Shown here in pieces: positions 34,443-43,769 of a stretch of DNA of 63,967 bases; within the stretch, counting starts at the first letter, position 1; each line of letters begins with the position of its first letter. A program made the position numbers and the translations under genes. The notes beneath the pieces are model-generated. The model saw only the letters and a list, made by a program, of their open reading frames with translations. It did not search any database and was not told where the DNA came from. Where the stretch lies: the NCBI GenBank assembly GCA_041749755.1, contig JBGTAT010000289.1, positions 1 to 63,967 of the forward strand, in the 5' to 3' direction. This DNA is from Terrimicrobiaceae bacterium (lineage in GTDB: Bacteria > Verrucomicrobiota > Verrucomicrobiia > Chthoniobacterales > Terrimicrobiaceae).

Positions 34443-35618
34443 ATGATCCCCTATGGCCGCCATTCCATTGACGAATCAGACATCCAAGCCGTTGTGGATG
34501 TGCTGCGGAGCGGGTTTTTAACCCAAGGCCCGCACATTGATGCCTTTGAAAAGGCCGTTGCTGAATACACCGGGGCGAATTATGCCGTCGCTGTTTCGAG
34601 CGGGACGGCAGGGCTCCATCTTGCCGCCCTCGCCGCCGGAGTCGGTCCCGGCAAATCTCTGGTAACCTCCCCGATCACGTTCGTTGCCAGTGCGAATGCC
34701 GGAATCTATGCCGGAGGGAGCGTCCATTTTGCCGATATCGACCCGGAAACTATCAACATGTCACCGACATGCCTCCGGCAGGTTTTGGAGCGGGAGAAAA
34801 ACGTTCAAGCGGTCGTTCCGGTCCACTTTGCCGGCCTCCCCTGCGACATGACATCGATCCGGTCCATTGCGGATGAATTCGGAGCGATGGTCATCGAAGA
34901 CGCTGCACACGCCCTCGGAGCAACCTACGAGGACGGTTCTCGCGTGGGATGCTGCAGGCACTCAGCCATGACGGTTTTTTCTTTTCATCCGGTGAAGGCC
35001 ATCGCGGCCGGGGAGGGTGGCATGATTACCACCAACGATGAAACTCTCTACCGTAAGCTGCTTCGTCTTCGCAGCCACGGAATTAACAAGGCAGACGATT
35101 GCTTCGTTCTGGAACGGGAGGCTCTCGACGAGGACGGGATTCAAAATCCCTGGTATTACGAGATGCAGGAACTTGGCTTCCATTACCGCATCACTGATAT
35201 CCAATGCGGCCTCGCCCTCTCCCAGTTCAAACGGCTACCCTCATTTATCGCACGGCGACACGAGCTTGCTCTTCAGTACGATCAAGCCCTGGCAAATTGG
35301 AGTTGGCTCCGGCCGGCACAGACGGCTGGGCGTGCGCAAAGCGGCCACCATCTCTATGTGGTCAGGGTGGACTTCCAAAAGCTTGGAAAGACCCGGGGAG
35401 CTGTCATGCGGGAGCTCCGCACAAATGGCATCGTCTGCCAGGTCCACTACATTCCCGTCACCTCGCAACCATTTTACAAAAACCAAGGGTTTCTTTCTTC
35501 AGACTACCCCAACTCCCTGCGGTACTACACGGATGCTCTCAGCATTCCGCTGTACTACACTCTAACAGACAAGGAACAGGAATACATTGTCGAAGCGCTT
35601 CGAAATCTGAGGCAATGA
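34443..35618 (+). CDS. pseC: UDP-4-amino-4,6-dideoxy-N-acetyl-beta-L-altrosamine transaminase (DegT/DnrJ/EryC1 family)
   Basis: MIPYGRHSIDESDIQAVVDVLRSGFLTQGP... and the FSFHPVKAI PLP-Lys region. Confidence 0.85.
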   Translation: MIPYGRHSIDESDIQAVVDVLRSGFLTQGPHIDAFEKAVAEYTGANYAVAVSSGTAGLHLAALAAGVGPGKSLVTSPITFVASANAGIYAGGSVHFADIDPETINMSPTCLRQVLEREKNVQAVVPVHFAGLPCDMTSIRSIADEFGAMVIEDAAHALGATYEDGSRVGCCRHSAMTVFSFHPVKAIAAGEGGMITTNDETLYRKLLRLRSHGINKADDCFVLEREALDEDGIQNPWYYEMQELGFHYRITDIQCGLALSQFKRLPSFIARRHELALQYDQALANWSWLRPAQTAGRAQSGHHLYVVRVDFQKLGKTRGAVMRELRTNGIVCQVHYIPVTSQPFYKNQGFLSSDYPNSLRYYTDALSIPLYYTLTDKEQEYIVEALRNLRQ

Positions 35619-37237
35619 ATGGTGCAACCGCTATGGAAAAAAGCAAAGAAAGAGCAGGCGATCGTTCTGACCAAACCGAACGTTTTAACATGAATGCCAA
35701 ATCCATATTGTTCGCCCTAACTGCTACCTATGTGGTTGCTCTGTTGGGAAAGATGTGGGTTGGCAACACGGCATATTTCGACAACCTAACGTTGTCCCTG
35801 CTGCTGTGCTTGGCGTTGGTTCTCGTCATCTCGCTAAAAACAGCGACAAACAACATTTTTCCAATTATAGCCGGAACGCTTATATATTTCCTGGTATACA
35901 TTTTCCCGCGATCGTTGGAGTACCTCTATATGCCGGGAATGGTCGTTTTCCCACTGATCAGCAGTGCAGATGCTCCCCTAATAAACAGGGGGCTTCTTTA
36001 CTTTGTTGGAGGCACGGCATTTTTCCTTGCGGGAATTCATCTGGCTGGTTCCCTTTTTAAGGACCGACCGGCGCCTGTGCTGATGCCAGCAGAAGCCCGG
36101 CAGGCAGCCCTCCGCGATATCCTGCCCCTCTCGATTGTTTTTGTTTTATCCCTTTTGATAATGATTGTCGGTCAGAAACTCTCCGGAATTAGCGTCATCG
36201 GCCCTGCGGGCGAATCCAAGTATCACATTCTTGTGCAGGTCTCTCTGTTGCTATTTAGCATAGACACAGCATTAATATGTGTTGTCGCAGCCGGTGTTGC
36301 TGCCTGGAAATCACTCAACACGTGCCATTTTCTCTGTGTCGGATCGATTCTGGCGGGCTACCTGGCTGCAACAATGTATTTTGGATCTCGCGTTGGGCTC
36401 CTCCGAATTCTCCTGGCGGCAATCATGGCGTTCTTTGTGGTTTATCGAAACAAGAGCTTTGGCTTATCAAAAAAGATGGCTTTGACCACGCTGGGCGCAT
36501 GCCTATTTGTTGTTTGCATTGCTGTGTTTGGATTTCAAATAGGCTCTGCCTACAGAAACAGACTCGGACTCGAATCGTTGGAACGTCGCCTCGTCGCAGA
36601 GCCTCAAAACGCCATCGTTTTAGGAAGCAGAATTCAGCAAATGAAGGAAGACAAACTCAAGTTGAATAACGTAGCCGTTCTTTGCTCTTCGATATTAAAC
36701 CGCCTGAATACCGTGGACTTTGCCATTTTGACAAGTTCCCTGAACCGGAGCGGGCTGCCCCCCTCGATCTACGGCGACATTTCCTACGCTGCAAAAAGTA
36801 TTGCTAATAGCGTTCCCGGGACACCATTTCCCGAAGCAGACATAAATACGTCTCAGGTGCATGACATCGTGTACTCCGGAAGAGATGCCGGGGAGGTGAA
36901 AGCCGGAGGGTATTTTAGCCGGCCTTGGACAATCTGGGGCCTCGGGACACTCTTTACCTCAACCTGGTGGGGGTATTCCTCTTTCATGATCTTTGCGGGG
37001 TTTATGCTGCAGCTCTTCTATTGGGTCATTGGCAACCTTTCCGGGCATTATGCCCTATATGTCCAAACGGTTTATCTCTCTGTAGTCCTGCAATTAGTGT
37101 ATTTTTCCATGGGGGTAGATCACAGTGTCATTGTGGCCATTGGATGCGCCGCACAGACGGTTGTTATTATAGCATTTCTTGCAGGCGCTAAAAAACTTAT
37201 CTCATTCACCAAGCCAAGCCGCGAAGCCGTCGCTTAG
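35615..37237 (+). CDS. polytopic membrane protein, Wzy/O-antigen-ligase-like candidate
   Basis: About 9 TM segments, a soluble loop of about 110 aa, then 3-4 more TM segments. Lower GC than neighbours. Start at ATG 35615 (ATGA overlap with pseC) or ATG 35690. Confidence 0.5.
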   Translation: MNGATAMEKSKERAGDRSDQTERFNMNAKSILFALTATYVVALLGKMWVGNTAYFDNLTLSLLLCLALVLVISLKTATNNIFPIIAGTLIYFLVYIFPRSLEYLYMPGMVVFPLISSADAPLINRGLLYFVGGTAFFLAGIHLAGSLFKDRPAPVLMPAEARQAALRDILPLSIVFVLSLLIMIVGQKLSGISVIGPAGESKYHILVQVSLLLFSIDTALICVVAAGVAAWKSLNTCHFLCVGSILAGYLAATMYFGSRVGLLRILLAAIMAFFVVYRNKSFGLSKKMALTTLGACLFVVCIAVFGFQIGSAYRNRLGLESLERRLVAEPQNAIVLGSRIQQMKEDKLKLNNVAVLCSSILNRLNTVDFAILTSSLNRSGLPPSIYGDISYAAKSIANSVPGTPFPEADINTSQVHDIVYSGRDAGEVKAGGYFSRPWTIWGLGTLFTSTWWGYSSFMIFAGFMLQLFYWVIGNLSGHYALYVQTVYLSVVLQLVYFSMGVDHSVIVAIGCAAQTVVIIAFLAGAKKLISFTKPSREAVA

Positions 37238-37302
37238 CAGGCGGTTGCCTTTTCCGCCCGACCATGCCAGCAGACCTTGCAGGCAGCAAAAATCTCTTTC
37301 TC

Positions 37303-38196
37303 ATGCAGATTCCCTCGATTGAAAAAATTGCCCTTGGCACTGCACAGTTCGGAGGAGCATACGGCATCAACAACGGGTTTGGCATCCCGCCGGAAGTCCA
37401 GATTCACGGAATATTACGAAAAGCCATAGACGTTGGTATCCGGAGTTTTGACACTGCTGCCGCCTATGGAAACTGCGAACATTTGCTGGGAACGGTGGTG
37501 CAGAAGTTCGTCTCTCCCTCCGAAGTGCGTATCACGACGAAAGGGACAGTCCTTGGCGAGGGGATCGTTTCAACCGTTGAGGCTTCAATGAGCCGGCTCT
37601 GTGTGCCATGCCTTGATTCGTGGTTACTCCACTGCGAAGGAGAGCTGGACAGCTGGGACTCAAAAACATGGGCAGGGGCAAGAAAGCTCACAGAGAGCGG
37701 CAAAGTCCGCTCATTTGGAGTGTCCGCTTACCAGCCAGCCGCAGCGGTGCGGGGCCTTAAAGAAATTGGCTTGGAGACAGTCCAGTTTCCTGGCAGTCCC
37801 ATGGATAGGCGATTTTTCAGGCATCAGGAGCTCTCCGAACTTCTGCGCAATGGCAAGCAGGCGACCGTTCGAAGCATTTACCTCCAGGGTCTCTGTCTCG
37901 TGTCGCAAGATGCCAAGATCGACCACATTCCCTACGCAAGGGAAGCCGTGACAAAACTAGACGGGTTCTGCCGCGCCCATGGTCTTCAGCGGGATGCGTT
38001 CTGTCTGCAGTATGTGTTATGCCGAATTCAAGGCCTGAATGCAAACATCGTGGTGGGGCTTGAAACCATCGACCAATTGGAGCGCAATATTTCCATTTTA
38101 CAGAGCGCTCCACTGCCGGTGGAAATCTGCGATGAATGGGACGCCGTTTGGCCGGACGACCATGAAACGCTTGTCCTGCCCTACCTTTGGAAATGA
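37303..38196 (+). CDS. aldo/keto reductase
   Basis: IALGTAQFGGAYG...SFDTAAAYGNCEHLLG AKR N-terminal pattern. Start at ATG 37303 or 37264. Confidence 0.8.
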   Translation: MQIPSIEKIALGTAQFGGAYGINNGFGIPPEVQIHGILRKAIDVGIRSFDTAAAYGNCEHLLGTVVQKFVSPSEVRITTKGTVLGEGIVSTVEASMSRLCVPCLDSWLLHCEGELDSWDSKTWAGARKLTESGKVRSFGVSAYQPAAAVRGLKEIGLETVQFPGSPMDRRFFRHQELSELLRNGKQATVRSIYLQGLCLVSQDAKIDHIPYAREAVTKLDGFCRAHGLQRDAFCLQYVLCRIQGLNANIVVGLETIDQLERNISILQSAPLPVEICDEWDAVWPDDHETLVLPYLWK

Positions 38197-38295
38197 TTAA
38201 ACCTCCGGGGGCTGCAACGCGGCGATGCACACAAGAACGATCTGGCGGGTTGGAAGTAAGCTTAAGAATAGCAAGTACATTTAAAAGGATAAGAT

Positions 38296-39345
38296 ATGCA
38301 AACAATTCAGATTGGAACTAAGACAATTGGGGATGGCCTTGAACCACTCATGTTCGCTGAGGAGGGCCAAGCGAACCAAGGTGATGCCAAGCTCGCAATG
38401 GCGATGTGCGAAAGGGCGGCCGAGGCGGGGGCCGACGGGATCGAATTTCAGTTTTTTCTAGCAGATGACATGTACATCTCGACTGATCCCGGCCATGCCA
38501 TCTACAAATCGCGTGAATTGTCCTGCAGTGCGATTCGAGAGATTATCGAGTGCGCACACTCCCACGGCCTCCTGCTCCAGGTCGCCGGACTCTCACCCTC
38601 TCTGATTCAGTTTTGTGCGGATGCCGGAGCCGATTCGTTTTGTGTGAATGCGACGGATTTGACGAATCCAGAAATTCTGGATGCGGTCGCACATCTCGGA
38701 CTTCCGTTCTGGCTAGCAACCCTCATGGGTACGATGGAGGAGATAACTTGGTCCATCGACTACTTGCGCACGAAAACGAGCAGGGCATTCGGCCTTCTCC
38801 ATGGGCAACATGTCATGTCAACAGATGCCACCCAAGGAGTGCCTCCTGCCCTACTTCAGTTGGATTGTATATCTTCAATGAAGGAACGTTTTGATCTCGT
38901 TACCGGATTTGTGGACCACACAATAACGCTCTACGTCCCGGCCTTGGCAGCGGCCAAGGGAGCTGCCATCGTTATGAAGCACCTTGCGCCCGAAAAGAAT
39001 TGGAGGGGGCCCGACTGGGTTGTCTGCCTCGACCCGGACGACTGGAAAAAGTCGCGTGATATGCTCAGGGACAGTTTTGCCTCCGGGGGCGATTCCAAAG
39101 AGCTATCAATTGCAGAATTCAAAGACAGAACGCTTCACAGGCGGAGTCTCTATTCGCGCCGAGAATTGAAAGCCGGCACCGTCATAACCAGAGGCGATCT
39201 GGTCGCTCTCCGCCCAGGGCAGGGTGGCATAGACCCCAGATTTCTCGATTCTTATGCCGGTCGCACGGTTCTAAATGACCTCGGAAAGCATCAACAAATA
39301 CAAGCCGCTGATTTTTGCGGTCCTTCTGAAGGGAGAAATACATGA
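38296..39345 (+). CDS. divergent NeuB/SpsE-like sialic-acid-synthase family protein with SAF domain
   Basis: TIM-barrel region plus C-terminal SAF (ITRGDLVALRPGQGGIDP). The N-terminal motif reads FAEEGQANQGD...GIEFQ where the PseI in this window has IAEMSGNHNQS...AIKVQ. Confidence 0.7.
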   Translation: MQTIQIGTKTIGDGLEPLMFAEEGQANQGDAKLAMAMCERAAEAGADGIEFQFFLADDMYISTDPGHAIYKSRELSCSAIREIIECAHSHGLLLQVAGLSPSLIQFCADAGADSFCVNATDLTNPEILDAVAHLGLPFWLATLMGTMEEITWSIDYLRTKTSRAFGLLHGQHVMSTDATQGVPPALLQLDCISSMKERFDLVTGFVDHTITLYVPALAAAKGAAIVMKHLAPEKNWRGPDWVVCLDPDDWKKSRDMLRDSFASGGDSKELSIAEFKDRTLHRRSLYSRRELKAGTVITRGDLVALRPGQGGIDPRFLDSYAGRTVLNDLGKHQQIQAADFCGPSEGRNT

Positions 39346-40133
39346 ACCTCGGGCTAAAAAATAAAGTCGCTGTCGTCCTCGCCTCCGGTGCGGGAATCGG
39401 TCGCGGGATAGCTGCCGTCCTTGCCAAGGAAGGTTGCCAACTTGCCATTTGCTCCCGCAACGAAGCTCACATTTCATCGCTGGGTAAAGAAATCGCACTC
39501 AGCAGCGGGGTAAATGTTGTTGCCAAGCAGGCGGATGTTTCCGATCCGGCGTCACTGGACGGCTTTTTCGATGCTGTTTTTGATGCCTACGGGAAGGTTG
39601 ACATTCTAGTCAACAACTCCGGCGGTCCACCTGCAGGGAAATGCATGGAGCTGAGCGATGAACAATACCAGCAGGCCTTTCAGTTGGTCTTGATGAGTAA
39701 GATCCGGGCTTGCAAGCGAGTCATCCCAGTGATGAAGAAGCAGGGATGGGGGCGCATCATCAATGTCGAGAGCACCAGCGTCAAGAGCCCTCTAGAGAAT
39801 ATGGTTTTGTCGAACACGTTTCGGTCCGCTGCAACCGCATTCGCAAAAACCCTCTCACTGGAGCATGCGCGGGATGGGATCAGGATTCATACGATCCTTT
39901 CAGGCCCGTTTCTCACCAACCGCGTGAATGAGCTAGGAAATGCCGCGGCCTCGCAGAAGGGAATTTCTTTTGAGCAATGGAAATCGGAAGCGATAGCCGG
40001 AAATCCTCTGGGCCGATTCGGTGACCCGCTGGAGTTCGGAGCATTGGTTGCATTTCTGGCGAGCGATCTGGCTGATTTCATGAATGGCACCTGCATAGCC
40101 ATTGATGGAGGAGCGCTTAAAACGACAACATGA
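39342..40133 (+). CDS. SDR family oxidoreductase
   Basis: VVLASGAGIGRGIA Rossmann. ATGA overlap with the upstream gene. Confidence 0.85.
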   Translation: MNLGLKNKVAVVLASGAGIGRGIAAVLAKEGCQLAICSRNEAHISSLGKEIALSSGVNVVAKQADVSDPASLDGFFDAVFDAYGKVDILVNNSGGPPAGKCMELSDEQYQQAFQLVLMSKIRACKRVIPVMKKQGWGRIINVESTSVKSPLENMVLSNTFRSAATAFAKTLSLEHARDGIRIHTILSGPFLTNRVNELGNAAASQKGISFEQWKSEAIAGNPLGRFGDPLEFGALVAFLASDLADFMNGTCIAIDGGALKTTT

Positions 40134-40218
40134 AGCAGATCTCCAAATTAGCAATTTAACACAAAAGACCCCCTATCAACACAGGGGCTGTGTCCCTTCT
40201 TACTAAATTGTAACAATA

Positions 40219-42246
40219 ATGAAAGTAGTTGCACTCATTCAAGCTCGCATGGGATCTAAAAGATTTCCAAACAAAGTTATGCGTCCGATATGCGGGGTCC
40301 CTATGATTGAGCACCTTCTGAATCGTCTTTCGAAAGCGCAAAAAATTGATCAAATAGTATTAGCAACCTCCAGCACAAAAAATAATGAAGTATTAGTGCA
40401 ATATGTTAAAAGCCTTGGCTATGAGGTTTTTCAAGGTAGCGAAGATGACGTGCTAGATCGCTTCTATAATGCCTCAATGATCTATAGTCCAGATGCTGTC
40501 GTGCGCATCACGGGCGACTGTCCGCTGATCGATCCAGCCGTTGTGGACGACGTCGTACGCGCCTTCCAAAACGAGGGGAAGGACTATGTTAGTAATGTGG
40601 AGCCGCCGACATTTCCCGACGGCCTAGACTGCGAGGTCTTTTCGTTTCGTTCGCTCCAGCAGGCCGCCGAGGAGGCTGTCGAGCCTGCACACCGCGAGCA
40701 TGTAACCCCATATCTGCGCGAATCCGGGAAATTTTCCCGTTCGAATGTAGTCGCAGAAATCGACGGGTCCCAGGAACGCTGGACGGTTGACGAGCCCAAG
40801 GACCTCGAGGTCGTTGCTGCCATCTTCGAACACTTTGCCCCGCGCACCGACTTTGGCTGGCGGGAAATTATGGCGTTAAAAGAAACAAACCCAGAGCTTT
40901 TTCAGGCTAACGCCGGGATCCTGCGCAACGAGGGGGCCGCGATCGGAGCGGGCCAAAAGCTTTGGAAGCGGGCGAAGCGGGTTATTCCGGGCGGCAACAT
41001 GCTGCTCTCGAAGCGGGCGGAGATGTTTTTGCCCGACCAGTGGCCGGCCTACTTCAGCAGGGCGAAGGGCTGCAAGGTCTGGGACCTTGACGGCCGGGAA
41101 TTTATCGACATGTCGATCATGGGGATCGGCACCAACATCCTCGGCTACGGGCATCCGGAAGTTGACGCGGCCGTGATGCAGACGGTCCAGGCCGGGAACA
41201 TGTCCACGCTGAACTGCCCGGAGGAAGTTTACCTCGCCGAGAGGCTGGTCGAGCTCCACCCGTGGGCCGACATGGTCCGGTTTGCGCGGTCCGGCGGCGA
41301 GGCCAATGCGATCGCCATCCGCATCGCCCGCGCCGCGTCGGGCAAGGACAAGGTGGCGGTCTGCGGGTACCACGGCTGGCACGACTGGTACCTCTCAGCA
41401 AACCTCGGGGACGATAAAAGCCTGGACGGCCACCTCCTGCCCGGACTCGAACCAAACGGGGTCCCCCGCAGCCTTCGCGGGACGGTTTTCCCGTTCACGT
41501 ACAACAATTTTCCGGAGGTGCAGGAGCTGGTCGAAAGAGAGGACATCGGGGTCATTAAGATGGAGGTCATGCGCAACAAAGGCCCCGAGGACAACTTTTT
41601 GCATAAAGTCCGCCAGCTGGCGACCGACCGCGGGATCGTTCTCATTTTTGACGAATGCACGTCCGGCTTCCGCCAGACATTCGGCGGCCTGCATAAGCTC
41701 TACGGTGTCGAACCGGACATGGCGATGTTTGGCAAGGCACTCGGCAATGGCTATGCGATCACGGCGACGATCGGCAGGCGGGCGGTGATGGAGGCGGCGC
41801 AATCGACGTTTATCAGCAGCACGTTTTGGACCGAGCGCATCGGGCCGACAGCAGCCCTCAAAACCCTCGAGGTCATGGAGCGGGAAAAATCCTGGGAATT
41901 CATTTCACAAACCGGCCTGGGAATTCGTAAACGGTGGCAGGAACTTGCAGACAAACACGGCCTCCATATCGAGCACTGGGGCCTCCCGGCGCTGACTGGA
42001 TTTTCTTTCGAAAGCCCCAACGCCCTGGCTTATAAAACCCTGATCTCCCAGGAGATGCTGGCAAAGGGGTATCTGGCAGGGAACAGTGTGTACGTCTGTA
42101 CCGACCACACGTCCGAAGTGCTTGACTCCTACTTCGATGCGCTCGATCCAATTTTTGCACTCATTCGTGAATGCGAAGACGGCCGTGATGTGATGGGCCT
42201 GCTCCATGGCCCCGTATGCCATGGAGGGTTCACGAGGCTGAATTAA
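40219..42246 (+). CDS. fusion protein: SpsF-like cytidylyltransferase (CTP_transf_3) + class III (glutamate-1-semialdehyde aminomutase-like) aminotransferase
   Basis: N-terminal ALIQARMGSKRFPNKVM. From about aa 250, GGNMLLSKRAEMF...GCKVWDLDGREFIDM...GYGHPEVDAAV...FDECTSGFR...FGKALGNGY (PLP Lys region). Confidence 0.8.
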   Translation: MKVVALIQARMGSKRFPNKVMRPICGVPMIEHLLNRLSKAQKIDQIVLATSSTKNNEVLVQYVKSLGYEVFQGSEDDVLDRFYNASMIYSPDAVVRITGDCPLIDPAVVDDVVRAFQNEGKDYVSNVEPPTFPDGLDCEVFSFRSLQQAAEEAVEPAHREHVTPYLRESGKFSRSNVVAEIDGSQERWTVDEPKDLEVVAAIFEHFAPRTDFGWREIMALKETNPELFQANAGILRNEGAAIGAGQKLWKRAKRVIPGGNMLLSKRAEMFLPDQWPAYFSRAKGCKVWDLDGREFIDMSIMGIGTNILGYGHPEVDAAVMQTVQAGNMSTLNCPEEVYLAERLVELHPWADMVRFARSGGEANAIAIRIARAASGKDKVAVCGYHGWHDWYLSANLGDDKSLDGHLLPGLEPNGVPRSLRGTVFPFTYNNFPEVQELVEREDIGVIKMEVMRNKGPEDNFLHKVRQLATDRGIVLIFDECTSGFRQTFGGLHKLYGVEPDMAMFGKALGNGYAITATIGRRAVMEAAQSTFISSTFWTERIGPTAALKTLEVMEREKSWEFISQTGLGIRKRWQELADKHGLHIEHWGLPALTGFSFESPNALAYKTLISQEMLAKGYLAGNSVYVCTDHTSEVLDSYFDALDPIFALIRECEDGRDVMGLLHGPVCHGGFTRLN

Positions 42247-43769
42247 TGTCCACCCTGCACGTCGCTTTCCGGCTGGATGTTAATCGGCAGATTGGCACCG
42301 GCCACCTCATGCGCTGCCTGACATTGGCTGACGAGCTTAAGCGGCGTGGAGGGATGACCCGTTTCGTGAGCCGGGGAATCCCCAAGCATTTCTGTGAAAT
42401 GTTAGCATCTCACGGGCATGAAGTCAGCGAACTAGGTGGCGATCCAGACGCAGTACCGGACGGGACTTTGGTCGTTGTGCCCACCCCTCCTTGCAGCCAG
42501 CATGAAGACGCGTGCGATACCATTGCCGCGCTTGCCGACAAAAAATGGGATTGGCTCATCGTCGACCATTATGCGCTTGATGTCGTGTGGGAGAATTCCC
42601 TGCGGGGTTCCGCAAAGAAAATTCTGGCTATCGACGATCTGGCCGACCGCACGCACGATTGCGATGTGCTTCTGGACCAAAACTTTTACTGGGATCCAGC
42701 GGCCCGGTATGCCGGGAAAGTTCCCAAAGCCTGTCGGATGCTTCTCGGGCCGAGGTTCGCTCTCCTGCGCGAGGAATTCTGCCAGCGCCGTCCGCTCGTT
42801 CGCCCGCGATCCGCAAACCTGGGAAGGATTCTGATTTTCTTTGGAGGCGTGGATTCCGAAAATCTGACGTCCCAATCCATGGATGCAGTTGCGGGGGCGG
42901 CAGAGCGTGGCATTCGCATCGATGTCGTGGTGGGAATTCTCCATCCGTTCAGGAGGCAAATTGAAGAAGCCTGTCAAGCGCGAGGATTCCGATGCCACGT
43001 TCAGACCGAAAACATTTCGGAATTGATGGCTGAAGCCGATCTTTGCATCGGGGCTGGTGGCACTGCTGTCTGGGAGCGCTGCTGCTTGGGATTGCCGACC
43101 CTTTCGATCTGCACGGCACCGAACCAGGAACGGCAAATCGCCGACGCCTCGTCGGCGGGGCTCCTCTATACAGCCGTTTCCGATGAGGATCTTCCTACAT
43201 ATTTGCCGCGGCATCTCGCTGCGTTCTGCGAAAATCCGGGGGGAAGGCAGGATATCTCGCGCCGGGCGATGGAGATGGTCGACGGTCGCGGGTCCCTTCG
43301 AGTCGCCCAAGCGCTAGGGTTCCATAACATCAGCATTCGTGAGGCCTGCATGGACGATTCAGAGAAACTTTACTCCTGGCGCAACCATCCTTCGATCCGG
43401 AGCACTGCGAGGCACCAGCGACCGATCCCTCGCCAGGAACACGACAATTGGCTGGGGGAGGTTTTGGCGGATACCAGCCGCATGCTTTTGATTGGAGAGC
43501 GCCTTGGAGAGCCCTTGGGAGTCGTTCGATTTGACTGCGGCGGGAAGGAGGCGGCAGAAGTCTCCATCTACTTGGTGCCTGGTTGTACGGAAGTGGGGCT
43601 GGGAGGAGATTTGCTACTCGCTGCCGAACAATGGATGCAATTCAATGCTCCCGAAACGAGAAGGTTCCGGGCTCAGGTGCTGGGGCAAAACACGCGCTCG
43701 GAGAAGATGTTTCTGGGGCAGGGGTATAACATCGCGAGCACGTGGTTCGAAAAATGTGTGAAGGAATAA
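42246..43769 (+). CDS. pseG/pseH: fusion protein: PseG (UDP-2,4-diacetamido-2,4,6-trideoxy-beta-L-altropyranose hydrolase) + PseH-type GNAT N-acetyltransferase
   Basis: N-terminal VAFRLDVNRQIGTGHLMRCLTLADEL (PseG signature). C-terminal DSEKLYSWRNHPSIRS...EHDNWL (PseH signature). Confidence 0.82.
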   Translation: MSTLHVAFRLDVNRQIGTGHLMRCLTLADELKRRGGMTRFVSRGIPKHFCEMLASHGHEVSELGGDPDAVPDGTLVVVPTPPCSQHEDACDTIAALADKKWDWLIVDHYALDVVWENSLRGSAKKILAIDDLADRTHDCDVLLDQNFYWDPAARYAGKVPKACRMLLGPRFALLREEFCQRRPLVRPRSANLGRILIFFGGVDSENLTSQSMDAVAGAAERGIRIDVVVGILHPFRRQIEEACQARGFRCHVQTENISELMAEADLCIGAGGTAVWERCCLGLPTLSICTAPNQERQIADASSAGLLYTAVSDEDLPTYLPRHLAAFCENPGGRQDISRRAMEMVDGRGSLRVAQALGFHNISIREACMDDSEKLYSWRNHPSIRSTARHQRPIPRQEHDNWLGEVLADTSRMLLIGERLGEPLGVVRFDCGGKEAAEVSIYLVPGCTEVGLGGDLLLAAEQWMQFNAPETRRFRAQVLGQNTRSEKMFLGQGYNIASTWFEKCVKE

